A DNA stretch of 64,000 nt. Source: Octopus bimaculoides (taxonomy: Eukaryota). A program made the position numbers and the translations under genes. The stretch spans positions 15,288,178 through 15,352,177 of the forward strand of contig NC_069004.1 of NCBI RefSeq assembly GCF_001194135.2. The letters run 5' to 3'. The notes beneath the pieces were generated by a model. The model had not been told where the DNA came from. It was given only the letters and a program-made list of their open reading frames with translations, and searched no databases. Positions within the stretch are counted from its first letter, which is position 1. Every line of letters starts with the position of its first letter. Below are positions 13,587 to 27,430 of the stretch, in pieces.

Positions 13587-15021
13587 CTGAAAAAGTTGCA
13601 TTTACATTAGCACACAAACAACATTGGTTTCAATTCTTAGAACAAGGCCAGCGAGTTTGGAGGAGGGGTTAAGTCAATTACTTCAACTCCAGTGGTACTC
13701 ATTTTATCAACCCCAAAAGGATGAAAGGTAATGTCGGCCTCGGCAGAATTTGAATTCAGAACATAAAGATAGACAAAATACTGCTAAGTGTTTTGCCTGG
13801 CGTGGTAATGATTCTGCCAGCTCACTGCCTTACAAACAATAAGTATTAAAATAGAGAATGAGACTCCTACAGGAAAACTAAAATAATCTTAGAAAAAGGT
13901 GTAAGACTATAGGAGCCAGTTGAAATCTTAACAGAAATGTAATTATGTTCTAGCAAAATTTATGTTCAAGCTAAAACAAAACCAGTTAAATGGTTGTATT
14001 AGAAAAGCTATCCAGTGAAGCAGTAATTCATTTAAATCAGTTTTGCACAACCATTTTTTACCTCTGGACCACTTTGATTTCTATTTTATTTAGATGGATC
14101 ATCCTAACCATTTAATGTTTAAAAAAAAAAAATCATGTTTATAATTAACTATTATTAGGAAATGTATAAAAATAATTATTAAAAAATATTTTGTGTACTG
14201 TGGAAGTATAACCAATTTATTGCAGAATTGGACATGTCCAAAGCACATAGAGAACACTTCAGAGGTCTACTTGTAAGTTACAGTCTACATGGTACTAACC
14301 CCCTGTTTTAGACATATTCATTTCTTTAGGTGTAGCTGTGTGGTAAGGAGCTTGCTTCCCAATCACATGTTTCCGGGTTCAATCTGTATGGCATGTTGGA
14401 CAAGTGACTTCAACTATAGCCTCAGGCTGACTGACGCTTTGTGAGTGGATCAAGTAGACAGAAACCGAAAGAACCCCATTGTGTGTGTGTGTGTGTGTTC
14501 CACCACCACTTGACAACTTGCTGGTGTGTTTATGTCTCTATAAGTTAGATGTTTGGCAAAAACGACCGATAGAATAAGGGATCGATTCATTCTAACAATT
14601 CAAGGTAGTGCCCCAGCATGGCCACAGTCTAATGACAAACAAGAAAAAAAAATAAAATAAAAGATCGATAGGTATGTGGTGAGCCATAAAGTTGATCTCA
14701 TCTCCTACCTTTAATAATTGCTCAGAATCTGTGGCTGTACATTATAAGAAACTGGAAGCATTTTGCTGGCCATGATGCATTGGCATTTGTTATCCATGCC
14801 AGCAATAGTTGGTGTTTGGACATTTACATCAGACAAGCCATGTATCCTTGGCAACTACCCACTCCCCCCATCCAAACAACTGAATTCTGATCAGTCAGTT
14901 TTATTTATCAAACATCCACCTCAGCTGAGCAGAGTTTTCACAAATAATTGAAACATTGAAATTTATCTTAGAATACGAGATGCTGCAAATATCAACGAAA
15001 ATAGCAAAACTTGTAACTCAC

Positions 15022-15135
15022 CTCTTCAGGGTAGAAACACTGTAAAGTTGAAAGAGGAAATACTGATTCAAAACCCTCTTTAAAAGCTTCAAATTGTCTT
15101 GATACACCTTCAACAAGATTCCAATGGACAACAAG
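15022..15135 (-). CDS. TRIP12: TRIP12 HECT exon: [38 protein letters not shown]
   Basis: 114 nt, phase 0-0. Confidence 0.96.
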
Positions 15136-15833
15136 CTAGATAAGGAAAGAGAAAAAAAAAAATTCATTCAATCATTGCTTGCTTATGAAATTGAGGATTC
15201 ACAGCTCAGATAATTTCAGTCACTAGTGCACAGAAAGATGTTTTTTTTTTTATAAATATGTATATGTAAAAATATGGCTGTGGTAAGAAGTTTGCTTCCC
15301 AACTACATGGTTCCAGGTTCAGTCCCACTGTGTGGTACCTTGGGCAAGTGTCTTCTATATAACCGCAGGCTGAACAAAGCCTTGTGAGTGGATTTAGTAG
15401 ATAGAAACTGAAAGAACCCTGCTACATGCAACAAGTATATATATTTGTGTGCATGTGTGTAGAGAGCATGAAAACTAAACATATATAAAGCACAGAAAAT
15501 ATATGTAAGTCTATCTATATATACATACATTGTCAATCCCACTTTATGGCACCCTGGGCAAATATATTCTGGACAAGATAGTTCCAGACTGGAGATGCAA
15601 ACTGCCATCCATAACCAAATACCTGCTTTAAGTAGACAGCTGGTGAATAACTGACAAAGGTCTTACAAAATGATGCTAAAACATTTTTTTTTTTTTATGA
15701 TTTCAGCAATGTGGTTCGTCTAATGCAGAACATTAACAATAATGCTTCAGTCACATTCACCAGCAGACTTCTTGAAGTTGACATGGAGGATTTTTAAATG
15801 TAACAGAAATATTTAAAAAAAGTATATTATTAC

Positions 15834-15998
15834 CTGTAAATATTCTTCTAGGTTTTCTAATGTTACAGGAATGTCCTTGCCACCCTTTTTTAATTCAATA
15901 TTTACATGACCTGGAAGGGTAAAATCTAAATCCAATTCTTCAATTGTGCAGCCATCCATTGTCAAACTGTCGAGAGCCAACTGGCGAGATTCTTCAGT
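15834..15998 (-). CDS. TRIP12: TRIP12 HECT exon: [30 protein letters not shown]...[20 protein letters not shown]
   Basis: 165 nt, phase 0-0. Confidence 0.96.
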
Positions 15999-16828
15999 CT
16001 AAAAGGAAAAGTTTGATAAACACTAAATGTAAAGATTTATGTGCAATAAGATGATGATAATATATGAGAAACAGAATGCATCTCATACATATTACAGAAA
16101 TGTAAGTTAAATAAAAAATTTTGGAAACCGGTAATAAAATACAGTTCAAAAGAGATGGTGGTGAGCTGGCAGAATCATCAGCATGATGGACAAAATGCTT
16201 AGCAGCATTTCGTTTTTCTTTGTTTCTGAGTTCAAGTTCCACTGAGGTTAAATTTGCCTTTCATCTTTCCAAGGTCGATGAAATAAGTACCAGCTGAGCA
16301 CTGGAGTTGGTGTAAATGACTTATCCCTCCCCGAAACTGCTGGCCTTATGCCAAAATTTGAAACAAATGTATTAGATAAGAAGTGAAGTTGTGTTACTAA
16401 CTGATGTCTAGTAGTGACCAAAAATATAAAATCAGCTACAAAATCAACAGCTATCAAATATTTGTTATAAAGCTACAACCAAACAATTATAAATGTCATT
16501 ATAAAATTATAGACATTTCTTCGAGACTTTATTTATGAAAAATTTAATGTTGAGAGAATATTTGAGAATGGGCATCTAAGGTGTACTTTCCATCATCCAT
16601 CATTTATATCCATGTATCCATGCTATTCAATGGGTTGGTTGCAATGCACAAAGTCAGTTCTTACCCAGAGTTACTGCCCTCTTTGATTGCTCAGGAACCA
16701 CATCTTGCATGTACATTGCAATTTTTAAACAGATTCATCATCTGGGTGACTTTACTTTCACAATCCTCTTTACAGTGTAAATTGGAGGCATTTTATTGTG
16801 CAACAGTATTAGAAGTTGTCACCATGAT

Positions 16829-16868
<40 letters not shown>

Positions 16869-16978
16869 CTAAAAAAAAGCTTCTCTATTCTATGCTTGTT
16901 TTGTTTCTTCACCAGTACCAAAAGTTTGTCTCTTCTCTTCTTCTCTGGCAGGTAGAAGACTGACAGAAACTAGCCAGA

Positions 16979-17210
16979 AGGCGGCGAGCTGGCAGAAACG
17001 CTAGCATGCCGGGCGAAATGCTTATCAGTATTTCGTCTGCCGTTACGTTCTGAGTTCAAATCCCGCCAAGGTCGACTTTGCCTTTCATCCTTTCAGAGTC
17101 GATAAATGAAGTACCAGTTATGCACTGGGATCGATGTAATCGACTTAATCGCTCTGTCTGTCCTTGTTTGTCCCCTCTATGTTTAGCCCCTTGTGGGCAA
17201 TAAAGAAATA
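16979..17210 (+). mobile_element. full-length young tRNA-type SINE with perfect 14-bp TSD agaaactagccaga (16965-16978 / 17211-17224)
   Basis: TSD read directly; internal gagttcaaatcc B-box-like motif; older relatives at 7283-7380, 13645-13830, 16160-16375, 24590-24785, 48365-48470, 50280-50660. Confidence 0.88.
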
Positions 17211-17440
17211 AGAAACTAGCCAGAGCAATATGATACCAAGGAGTATAATAGAGAAGAACCAATGTGATATGGAGATTAGTACATCTGCATATAATTGACT
17301 GTAAAAATTTAATAAAAAAACATGCAGATGTACTAGTTTCCATATTTATCATAATTGTCATATATATACATGTGTCTGTGTGTGTGTGTGTGTATGTCCA
17401 TACACACAAACACCAAGCAGAGTTTGTTTCAGGTACTTAC

Positions 17441-17605
17441 ATGAGACTGGTCCGCTTCTATTCTTTTTTTCTGCCTGAGAATATCTTCGAGTTCGTAAAA
17501 GGACCTAGCAACAACAGGATCAATATACTGTAGATCTTTGGATGTGAGACTGTGCTCTTGGCCTAAGATCCACTTGAAAAATACCAGACTTATTGGCACA
17601 TCAAT
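17441..17605 (-). CDS. TRIP12: TRIP12 HECT exon: [20 protein letters not shown]...[11 protein letters not shown]
   Basis: 165 nt, phase 0-0. Confidence 0.95.
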
Positions 17606-19295
17606 CTATAAAAAGAAAGTTTGGAAAATTTACTAACATAATTCAGGTTGCTGTTTCAGCATATCAAAATATAAGAAACTTTAACAATAACAACAACTAG
17701 GGATTTTGAAATGACTCAAAGGAAAGGGTTTTCATTGTTAGTATTCAATTTATCTTGGTACAACACTTCTAAATCCTGTTTCTATCACCGAGTCCTAAAA
17801 GATGCAGGGTAGCACAAACCATTTATTCCATCCGGTTTTAACTCAATAAGGTTTCTGTTGATTGATTTTCCTTTTTATGCTCAGAGTTGTAAACTAACAA
17901 GCTCTATATTTCCATCAACTGCTTTCATCATTTTACATCTACTTTCCACACTGACACAGACAATTTCATAGGATACAATGAGTCAGTGGATGCCACCTTG
18001 CTCCAAAAATGTCTCATTTTTGGCATGGTTTCTACAACTGGATGCCCTTCCCAACACCGACAGTTTTACAGTGTACTGGGTGTTTTTTTGACCCGAGGCA
18101 ACAGCATCAGTAAGATTGTCTTATGACTTGCAAGATTAAAGACAATTCCTGTCAGAGATGGAGAAAAAGAGGATTGGGTAGTGACTTTAGAACAGATAAA
18201 GTACATTGGGAAGAACAGGTTTATTATTGAATGTTGAAGGTATTTGTGGAGAAACTAAGATAGTGTTAGTGTAGAGAAAGAGTAGCGTTAGGGGTTAGAG
18301 AGACTAAGTCAGAGAGTAAAAAGGACAGTGGGGTGGGTTGAGTAAGAATAAGTCTACCCTGTGATGTATATGGGTGGGAGTGAATGGTGTAGTACAAGAA
18401 AGAGATGATGATGCCAAGGATCCAGAGTGTACCCTTAAGGTAACATGCCCAAGTAAGTGAATGGGAGACTATGGTGACAGAAGGATCTGGAAGAGTTCAC
18501 TCGGGATTCAATTTAGCCATTCTTTAATTCAGTTTCTTCTTACTTCGCTTCATCTTTCTTTGACAAAATATCATCTTACTTTTGAATCTATTCTTCTCCC
18601 ATGTGATTTTTCCCTCTCTGTGCAGTGTATTTGAGACTGACATACACTGCGAACAATATCAGGGGAGGTACAGTTTCTACAACTGCCACAGAAAGATTCC
18701 ATATTGAAACTAGATTACACTTAACTGAATGAGACCTTCTAAGAAAAGAGGAGATAAGTAAATCAATGTCATTAACCCGTTAGCATTTAAACCAGCCATA
18801 TCTGGTCCAAATATGTTCAAACCAGTCATATCCAGCCTATCACACCTAACTTCAATATCCTTCTAAAATATATGATTACATCCATCAGAATCTGGAAGTT
18901 ACAAGATAATGCATAATTAATTAAAAGCAATGGGAATGAAAAAGCACTACAATTGAATTCATAATCTAAATGCTAAAGGGTTAGAGTTGCTATAGCAACA
19001 AACCCCTTATTAACAAATGTGCTAAACTGGAGAACTAGTAAAAAGACTTTAGTCAACTATCATCGGGTGCATAACACTTTCTCTCTAAGTTTTGTGATTG
19101 GTGTCTATTCTAGCAAACACCAAATGTCGTAACCAAGGACAATAAGTTCCAGTTACATCACCAAACTCTTCATTTCCATAACTCTTTCATCCCAGAATTG
19201 CAACCCTCTGACATCTCTTTCATGTCTGATAATGTTCAGAAGATGAATGTTCACCTCATTTTCCTGGGAAGGCTTCAAAGTCTATAGACACTTAC

Positions 19296-19450
19296 CATTC
19301 TTGAATCCATCAATGCTTTAGCTAAGAATTTTCCAAAGAATTTAAATTTGGCTTTGATTTTGTTGACAACAGCAGCTTTGGTGTTACGAGCAAGTGGAGA
19401 AGGAAACAAACCACAAGGAGATGTAATATACTCAACATCACTTCCTGAAC
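19296..19450 (-). CDS. TRIP12: TRIP12 HECT exon: GSGSDVEYITSPCGLFPSPLA...KFKFFGKFLAKALMDSRM
   Basis: 155 nt, phase 1-0. Confidence 0.95.
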
Positions 19451-19653
19451 CTGATTAAAGACAAAAAAAAAATAACAAATCAAGTTAATCTTTCCCTCAA
19501 CCTCATTCATCTATAGAACTGTAAATAAACTGAACAAACCATTAGATAAGGTATTCAATTCCACCAGAACATCAAGGAGAGCAAAATTAAGTTGGCCCTA
19601 ATTGAAACAACTTATTGGAGTGAAGTAGCGAGTTCAACTATTATAGTGTATCT

Positions 19654-19744
19654 TGGTGTAGCCATCCGGTTGCACCAGTCCTCAGTCAAATCGTCCAACC
19701 CATGCTAGCATGGAAAGCGGACGTTAAACGATGATGATGATGAT
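19654..19744 (+). mobile_element. short young copy (3' ~90 bp) followed by (TA)n
   Basis: cagtcctcagtcaaatcgtccaacccatgctagcatggaaagcggacg. Confidence 0.85.
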
Positions 19745-20491
19745 ATATATATATATATCTCTCCAACAGTAATATTACAGCCATTCAACTGATGATGTGC
19801 TGGTACAAAACTGCTGCTGGATTATATTTATGTAATTATTTATATATTTTATGTAAATAATATGTAGAAAACTCAGCAACTAATAGCTGTTATCAATGCA
19901 CAGAAACAATTGGGGTGATTTGTAATTAAAGCCTGTTCATTTCATTTTGTTTTATAAATTATTTTTGTGTGTGTGTGTGTGTGTGAGTGAGTGATTGCAA
20001 AAAAGCAATTCTTTTTTTCCCCCAAATGATGCTATAGGATGTTATTCAGACACTCAACTAAGAGTCCACTGCATCTTATGAAGTTCATAACCTGACCATT
20101 ACTTTTTCTGTATCATCTCTTTTTCTTACACACACACACACACTACTACTTCTGCCAAGCAAATGACCAAACTGTGTGTAGTTGATTGAACTGGTGGGAC
20201 AGTGTTGTTACAATGTTTGGGAGCAAGATATTGATGTGATGTGATGGCAAAATCAAGAGATAATGATGATGCTTATACATAACTGATCAACCAGCAAAAT
20301 TAGTAACCAAATATTTCAAACCACACTACTACCTTCAAAATGAAAAAAAACATTGTGACAGGAAAAATGACAGATTGAATAATTACAAAGAGAGTCCATT
20401 ACAATATTGTTGGAATATAAAACCAACCAATTTAGCCAATGATTGCAATAAAACTATAACATGAACTAAAGTTCTTTTACTTTGAACTTAC

Positions 20492-20606
20492 CAGAAAAAT
20501 CCATCTGTTTCACAATGTCGCCTCGCCACATATCAAGATCTGCTCTTTGTACTTCTTTAGAAATTAATGCATAGAATTCTAATGTGGGTCCCAATCCTGT
20601 ACCAAC
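20492..20606 (-). CDS. TRIP12: TRIP12 HECT exon: [38 protein letters not shown]
   Basis: 115 nt, phase 0-1. Confidence 0.96.
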
Positions 20607-20696
20607 CTGGAATAAAGAAGATATTATAAAACCTCAACTTCAAAACCTCTGGTTATTTACAAAGAAAAAAAAGTTCACAAAACACAAAATATTTAC

Positions 20697-20795
20697 TTCG
20701 TTCTCATACTGTATTTCCAGTAATCCTTTTGTGGAAGCCAGCTCATCCATGAGTTTCTCTGCTTGTTTTAAGATATCCACTCGACTGACTGTACG
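20697..20795 (-). CDS. TRIP12: TRIP12 HECT exon: [33 protein letters not shown]
   Basis: 99 nt, phase 0-0. Confidence 0.95.
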
Positions 20796-21107
20796 CTGTA
20801 AATAACAAAAGGAAAAAAAAAACATTGAAGAACGGAAATAACAAGAGAGACTTGTTAACTAATCAAAATTTCTCTCAGAAAAGGATTCCAATTTAGTTCA
20901 GAAGTTAGAAAATGAAAAATGATTCCAAATGTGAAGGCGAATGAGTTATAGAGAAAAATTCAAGTGTCTCAGAGGTAGGTGCCATCAAGTTACAGCATAT
21001 CTATGGTGGCCAACAGAATAATGGAGAAGTTTATTCAAAGATGAAACTTTTTGTCTAAAATTATAGAGAAACATAAAATCATAAAGGTGGAAAATTTAGA
21101 AACAGAC

Positions 21108-21261
21108 CCTTTTCCGTTCCAGTCGGGGAGCAACTCGGTCAGTTGTGTCTGTTGTTGTAGAATCAGTATTGTTATCTTGTAACCTCATCATTGCTCGGTC
21201 ACGATCAAATGATGTAGCATAGAAAAGCATTTGGCGAGTATCAAAGGGAAAAAGGAATGGT
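21108..21261 (-). CDS. TRIP12: TRIP12 exon: [29 protein letters not shown]...[10 protein letters not shown]
   Basis: 154 nt, phase 2-0; donor AGG|gtctgt. Confidence 0.92.
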
Positions 21262-22729
21262 CTAAAAAAGAAGAAAAAATTAAATTAAATATAAATGAAA
21301 AAATAATGAAACAAAACTGCTACAAAGTTTGAAAGTTAATTCTAAAACCAGTCAGAATTATTCACATGTATTAAAATAAGGTTAAGTCTTTATTGCAATT
21401 AATTTTGACTCTAGCTGGCACTCCATCAGTTACAAGAACAGGTGTTCCAGTTGATCTGATCATCAGAACAGCTTGCTCATAAAATTAACATGCAAGTGGC
21501 CGAGAACTCCAGACATGCATAACTTTAACCTAGTTCTCAGGGAGATTCAGTGCGATGCAGAATGTGACAAGTCTGGCATATTGCAACACAGATACTACTC
21601 ATTTTTTACCAGCTGAGTTGACTGGAGCAACATGAAATAAAGTGTCTTGCTCAAGAACACAATGCACTACTAGGAATCAAACTGTTGACCTTACAATCAT
21701 AGGCCAAATTCCTGAAGTGCATGGCTCAGTGGTTAGAGTGTCAGGCCCACAGTCTTTAAATAGTGAGTTCAATTCCCAAACTGAGCAAGACACTTCATTT
21801 CACGTTGCTCTAGTTCATTCAGTTGTAGAAATGATCACAACATCACTGGTGCCAAGCTGTATCAGCCTTTGCCTTTCCCTTGGACAATCGTGGTAACTTG
21901 GAGTGGGGAGGCTGATAGGCATGGGTGACTGCTGGTCGTCCATAAACTACCTTGCCCAGACTTTTTGCTTTAGAGGGGAACTTTCAAGATGCAATCCAAT
22001 GGTCATTCATGACAAAAGGGGGTCTTTACTCTTATACTAAATTTAAAACAAAGCTTTAAAAGGTAAACCACGTAAAGTACAAATTGGCCTTCAAAGGATC
22101 CCCTGCTTCACTTGAAAATCTAAAAGAATTGTTTCTTTTGGAAATTATAAGTATGCTTATAGTAACATCAGAGATACTTAGCAGCTGTTAAACAATATCC
22201 TTCAGAAAGAGTTGTTTAGATTTCTAGTAAATCTTCACTTACTACACAAACAGACATGGTTGTCAGTGCCACCACAAATACATACTGGTTTATTCCTAGC
22301 TTCTATTTATCTATCCCCATTAGTTTCCAATTATGCTCACATACTTCCACTATGTTGCTATATAAAAAGTTTTCATCTACATTTAAATCAATCTTTATTC
22401 ATATTTTCTCTTTAACAAGTTTTTTTTTTATTTTATTCATTTGAAGTTTTAACTGTTCTGCTAGCATCAGGGATTAACTGCAATCAATTCGAAACTCGCA
22501 CAAGCAACATAAAATTTATTATTGAAGGAAACATCCATGCAACTGGGCTTTACAACAGAAGGAAATAATCACTACTATTACATAGTGTGGTGCATTGCTT
22601 TCGACGATTTTTTATTTTTATTAGTATTTTGTATACAAACAAAAAGAGACTGTCTTGATATTCTTGTCCAATATTTTTTAATCTCTAAAATAATTTATGA
22701 GGCAAAAATACACAGAAACTTCAACTTAC

Positions 22730-22875
22730 GCTGCTGCAGCTATTTCAGCCAACCAAACAGGAAGATTACCAGTCATTATGACTAATGGATCCTGTAACTG
22801 TCTGTTAGCTTTGGCAGTGAGTTTTGAACTAATGAATTCAGTTGGAGAAAGGATTGGAGATAGTTGGGAAGACTC
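22730..22875 (-). CDS. TRIP12: TRIP12 exon: [48 protein letters not shown]
   Basis: 146 nt, phase 0-2. Confidence 0.95.
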
Positions 22876-23459
22876 CTGAAGATAAATATAAAAATGCATT
22901 TAATAGAGTAAAAAAAAAAAAAAAAATCCAGTTTTTAATGAGGAGATAAAAATACAGCATACAGCAGTGATGACCAATGTTTTGAATTCCATTTAAGATT
23001 TCTGTAAACCTTTCATCCCCACGATACTATTTTTTCTAGATGTATATATCATAAATAGCATACAGATTGAGCCCCCTCTTGCTTTTCTTTTTTCAAACTG
23101 GGATTACAGTCAAATATACTTTAGTTTTGTTTAACTCATTTACTGAATTTTAAACCTTATAACCATTTACAATCATTTAATGTCTGGTCTTCCATAATCA
23201 GCAAACAAATTGTTCGCTGAAAAACTGAACAAAGCTAGTTGTTTTGTTTGAGCTCAAAGGTTTCAAGGTGCCTCTAATTGTTGAAACACCAGAGTCCCAA
23301 AATCCTTTCATTGTAAAAAGGAGAATTTGTGCTATGTTGTACATTAGTAAGCAGAATATTTTGCATCTGCAGCCTGGACAAGGCATTTAGTCTAATGTTC
23401 TGATGATTCAGCTTATCCACTGCCTTCAATAATAATCTAAGAAATCACTTTGATAAATT

Positions 23460-23700
23460 CATCATCAACATTTAATGTCTGATTTCCATGTTGGCATGGG
23501 TGTGATGGCTTGACAGGAACTAGCAAGGCCAGGGGCCACAGCAGGTTCCATAGTCTGTTTTGGCTTGGTTTCTACAGCTGGATGCCCTTCCTAACACCAA
23601 GTACTTTACAAAGTGCACTGGGTGTTCTTTTTTTTTACATGGCAACATCACCAGTGTTTTTTATGTGGCATCAGTATCCATGCCAATGGTTTTAATGTGG
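23460..23700 (-). mobile_element. older copy of the same superfamily (others at about 3617-3790, 17925-18130, 25438-25640, 27900-28080, 49200-49430, 52738-52950, 59135-59390, 61988-62240, 63372-63560)
   Basis: Shared core ggtttctacagctggatgcccttcctaatgccaaccac. Confidence 0.75.
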
Positions 23701-24940
23701 AACTTTGGTTTTAGGGTTTCAATACTGTTGCGGTGGACAGGCCTTCTCAGTCCTCTGTCACCATCATATGGTTCAGTGTTTTGAGAGTTATATATAATTC
23801 AATAATTATCATCGTTGGTTTTGGTATGGATTGGACAAGATTTACAGTAAAAGTTTTCCTGCAGACAAATGTCCTTCCTGTCACTAGCTCTTATTTTCCC
23901 TAAATAATGTATATTCAGAGCCTTCATGTCTAAAACTGCTAAGCTACAGAGTGAATGTATTGTTTACAGGAGACATAAACACATATCACTATTTTTGCTG
24001 AAACAGTGACTACATGAAAGTACATAAGCTTCCATACAGTTTCAACCTATCATATTTTAGCTACAAAGCATTGGTGGTTTCAAGGTTATAATACAAGACA
24101 CTTAGGTGACATATGCTGGAATTGAACTTTAAATCATGTGCTTGTGAGGTAAATTTTGCAACCGCATAACCATGTCTGAGTCTATAAACAGAACATCAGA
24201 AACCTGCCAAAAACCAAGAGTCAATCAGGTACCTTTAGATTTTCAGTCTAATGCTCCCTTAAGTAAGCTATTTTGACTAAGTTAACCTCAGTAGGATTTG
24301 AACTCAGAATGCTATTATTAAACATTCTCAAGTATTTATAACATTCTGCTTTATTAGTGGAGAGGCTAACTCTGTTCTTCATGTATTTTTATATCAGTTT
24401 CTTTTCTTATAATTCATTGTATAACACTTAACTTTTACTAGTAACATCAGCGTGTTTGTAGAGGGAGGAGGATGAATGTAATCAACAGGAGTATTTATTT
24501 TATCCCTCAGTAGAAACAGAGCCCCAAAATACAAGATATAATCATAATACTACATCCTACATTATACTAACACTAATACTGGTATCAAATTTTAGCACAA
24601 AGCTAGCAATTTTGAGAGAGGAACTAAATCTTACACCATGTGCTCAACTGGTACTTATTTTATCAACCCTGAAAGGATGAAAGGTAAAAGTCAACCTTGG
24701 CAGCATTTGAATTTAGAATGTAAAGACAAAAGAAATTCCACTAAGTATTTTGCATACTAAGAATTCTACCAGCTTGCTGTCTTATGCTAATACAAATAAA
24801 ACTAATAATTATTAGTAATTATTAAACAATGAAACTAGAGCTTCACACTATGGTTTCTAATTAAAGGTGTGAAATGTGTGCATGCGTGTAGGGGAAGATT
24901 ATGTATATAGCCAAGATGAAACAATTGGTGATTAACTTAC

Positions 24941-25092
24941 TTCATACATGGTTGACCAGTATCTATTGAAGGCATGGAGCACTCTCAGCAGTGTAATTAC
25001 ATCTAAAGAAAGATCTTGTACAGTAACAAAGGCAGGTAACTTGTCAGTGAGGTATGCATTCAAAGCAGGCACTATCTTGGGACAAAGACCAT
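24941..25092 (-). CDS. TRIP12: TRIP12 exon: (D)GLCPKIVPALNAYL...LDVITLLRVLHAFNRYWSTMYE
   Basis: 152 nt, phase 1-0. Confidence 0.93.
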
Positions 25093-25933
25093 CTGGAATA
25101 AAAATAACCATTACAAAATTGCATTCAGTTCACAAAAGGAAGAATGACTAAGTTATTTATTTCACAAAACAAAATTTATGGAAATTTCAGGTTTTTAAAA
25201 TCCACTTGAAAAACAAAAGAAAATACATTGTATTAACAGCATTACTAAAATAGACATTTCAATGTAATTCAATTTCAATTCATAAATAACTATAAAACGA
25301 TAAAGCCATCGATTTTGAAGAAGGATAAATAAATGAAGGAAAAATATTCAATGAAACATTTAGACACTAGTATAAAAGAAAGAAAAAAAAAAAAAAAAAA
25401 AAAAAAAAAAGAAAATTAGAAGTCTGAGACTTAGAAACATCATTATCAAAAGTCTGTTTTCCATACTGGAATGGGTTGGACAGCTTGACAGGAATTGGCA
25501 AGGTCAGGGGCAGCATCAGGCTCCCCCATCTGTTTTGGTGTGGTTTCTACAACTGGATGCCCTTCCTAATGCCAACCACTTTACAGAGTGTACTGGGTGC
25601 TTTTTACATGACACCACCACCAGTGCTTTTTATGTGGAAACATTTTAATAAAATATAATTTCTATTCAAAGTTTCAAAATACAGAGATAGATGATCTTCC
25701 TTCTCATCATTGTCTAACATTTTCCATGCTACAAGTCGACGGTTTGTTATAAAAAGCTCCTTTGATCTGTCCCATCATCATTATCTGTGACAGCAGATTT
25801 CCATTAATCAGGAAGACAAATTTAAATAGGGACATTAATGTGAAAGCAACTGATGCACAAAGATACACAGCAATATGTAAATAAAAAGTTTCTCCTGCAG
25901 TAAAAAGTTATGAAAATAATGTGACAATTTTAC

Positions 25934-26055
25934 CATTCCACAGCTCATCACCCCGTCGACTTCTTCCAGACGATTTACAGCTTTTCGTCTCAGCTCTAGT
26001 TTTCTTTGGACTTGTGGCAGCAACAGCATCTTCTTGTTCAGAAGCAGGCCGATAC
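25934..26055 (-). CDS. TRIP12: TRIP12 exon: YRPASEQEDAVAATSPKKTRAETKSCKSSGRSRRGDELWN
   Basis: 122 nt, phase 2-1. Confidence 0.9.
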
Positions 26056-26795
26056 CTAAAGCATGTAAAATTCTATGAGATTAGATTTATTCAGGAATAA
26101 AAAAAGTTAAGTGTAATACAGCTGGAATTAATTTTAATCAGAAGCAGCAAAAACAAATAATGTAAAAGTTAAAACAGACTGAAAATAGTCCTATTGTGAA
26201 GTGGCATCTACATGAAATATATTTAGTTCAGGTTTGTCATATACTGTAATGTTTCTGACATACAGCTCTTGAAATAACTAATGGAACAGTTAAAATTCCA
26301 GAATTTAACCAAAAACCTTATTTCAAATAACATTGTTGTTTACGTCTCTTGTTGATCAGTAACCATCCATATCACAAGAACGGTTAAAAAAATCTTTTTT
26401 TTTTTTTAAATTCCGTAGTTAAGTATCAAATCAAGAGCCATGATATTGGTGGCAATTGTTGCAGTTCATCATGTCAGATATGTGGAGGTGAAGTGGCCAT
26501 TACTTTTTGGAACAACCATAAAGTAGTGAAAGTGATGACAGAAAAGGGATCAACTTTCAGAGGTAGTGGCCATTACTTTTATAAGCAGTTCTAAATTAGT
26601 AAGAATTATGCAGCTGTTGTACTGCTACACACATCTGTGTGCAAAAAGAATTGGTAGAGAAAGGAGCAGAAGTCTTTTCACAACAGAGTGAATTGCACCA
26701 AAGGCAGCTAAAAAAAAAAAGGTAATGATGTTAAACTGAGCGATTGTCAAATCAGATTGATTGGGATGAGCAATTAGAAACGATTCAGCTTAGAC

Positions 26796-27072
26796 CAGGG
26801 GTTTTCAAACTTTTTGACTTGCGGACCCCTTTATATTTCAGGCTTTACCTTATAAATGCTTATGAAATTTATACATAAATATTTGCTTAAAATAACATTT
26901 TTACATTTATTTATTTAACAGTATTTAACAAATAGGTTTATTGTCAATTAAAAGATTTCGATTAAAAAACATATAAAATCAAATTGCCCATAAAAAGTAT
27001 TTGCTGTCCACGGACCCCGTCTTGTCCTTGCGGACCCCCTGTGGTCCGCAGACCACAGTTTGAAAACCCCTG
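26796..27072. mobile_element. hAT (Charlie-like) MITE, 277 bp
   Basis: Perfect 16-bp TIR caggggttttcaaact/agtttgaaaacccctg; 8-bp TSD gcttagac/ccttagac; subterminal cggacccc repeats. Confidence 0.9.
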
Positions 27073-27227
27073 CCTTAGACCACTAATTAGAAAATTACAC
27101 ATATCTACTATACTTTTACACTTAAAAATAGAGAAACTGCAGCACAATTCTAATGATAGAACAATTAACTGTTGATGTATTAGTTGGCAGGTATGTCAAA
27201 TGCATTGGTTGGTAGAATTTTACTCAC

Positions 27228-27430
27228 CATATTGTGTGAGTTTGAACCCAGATTCCTGCATTGCCAAATGGGTTTTCTGAATCTGTGTCAGTTTCACTTC
27301 CTTCCTTTTCTGTCGGCAGACTGAATTGTTTCACTGCTTGATACACAGTCATATTGTAAGGTAATAAGTGATCACCAATCAAAAATTCTAATTTATGACG
27401 AGCAGTTACTTGGTTGATGAATACGGCAGC
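27228..27430 (-). CDS. TRIP12: TRIP12 exon: [36 protein letters not shown]...GIWVQTHTI(W)
   Basis: 203 nt, phase 0-2. Confidence 0.95.

Noticed and set aside
21255-22740. Ala in place of the Cys of the xPFxFPFDTR motif
   Set aside because: From memory this position is not invariant in the Ufd4 family and it is not the catalytic Cys.
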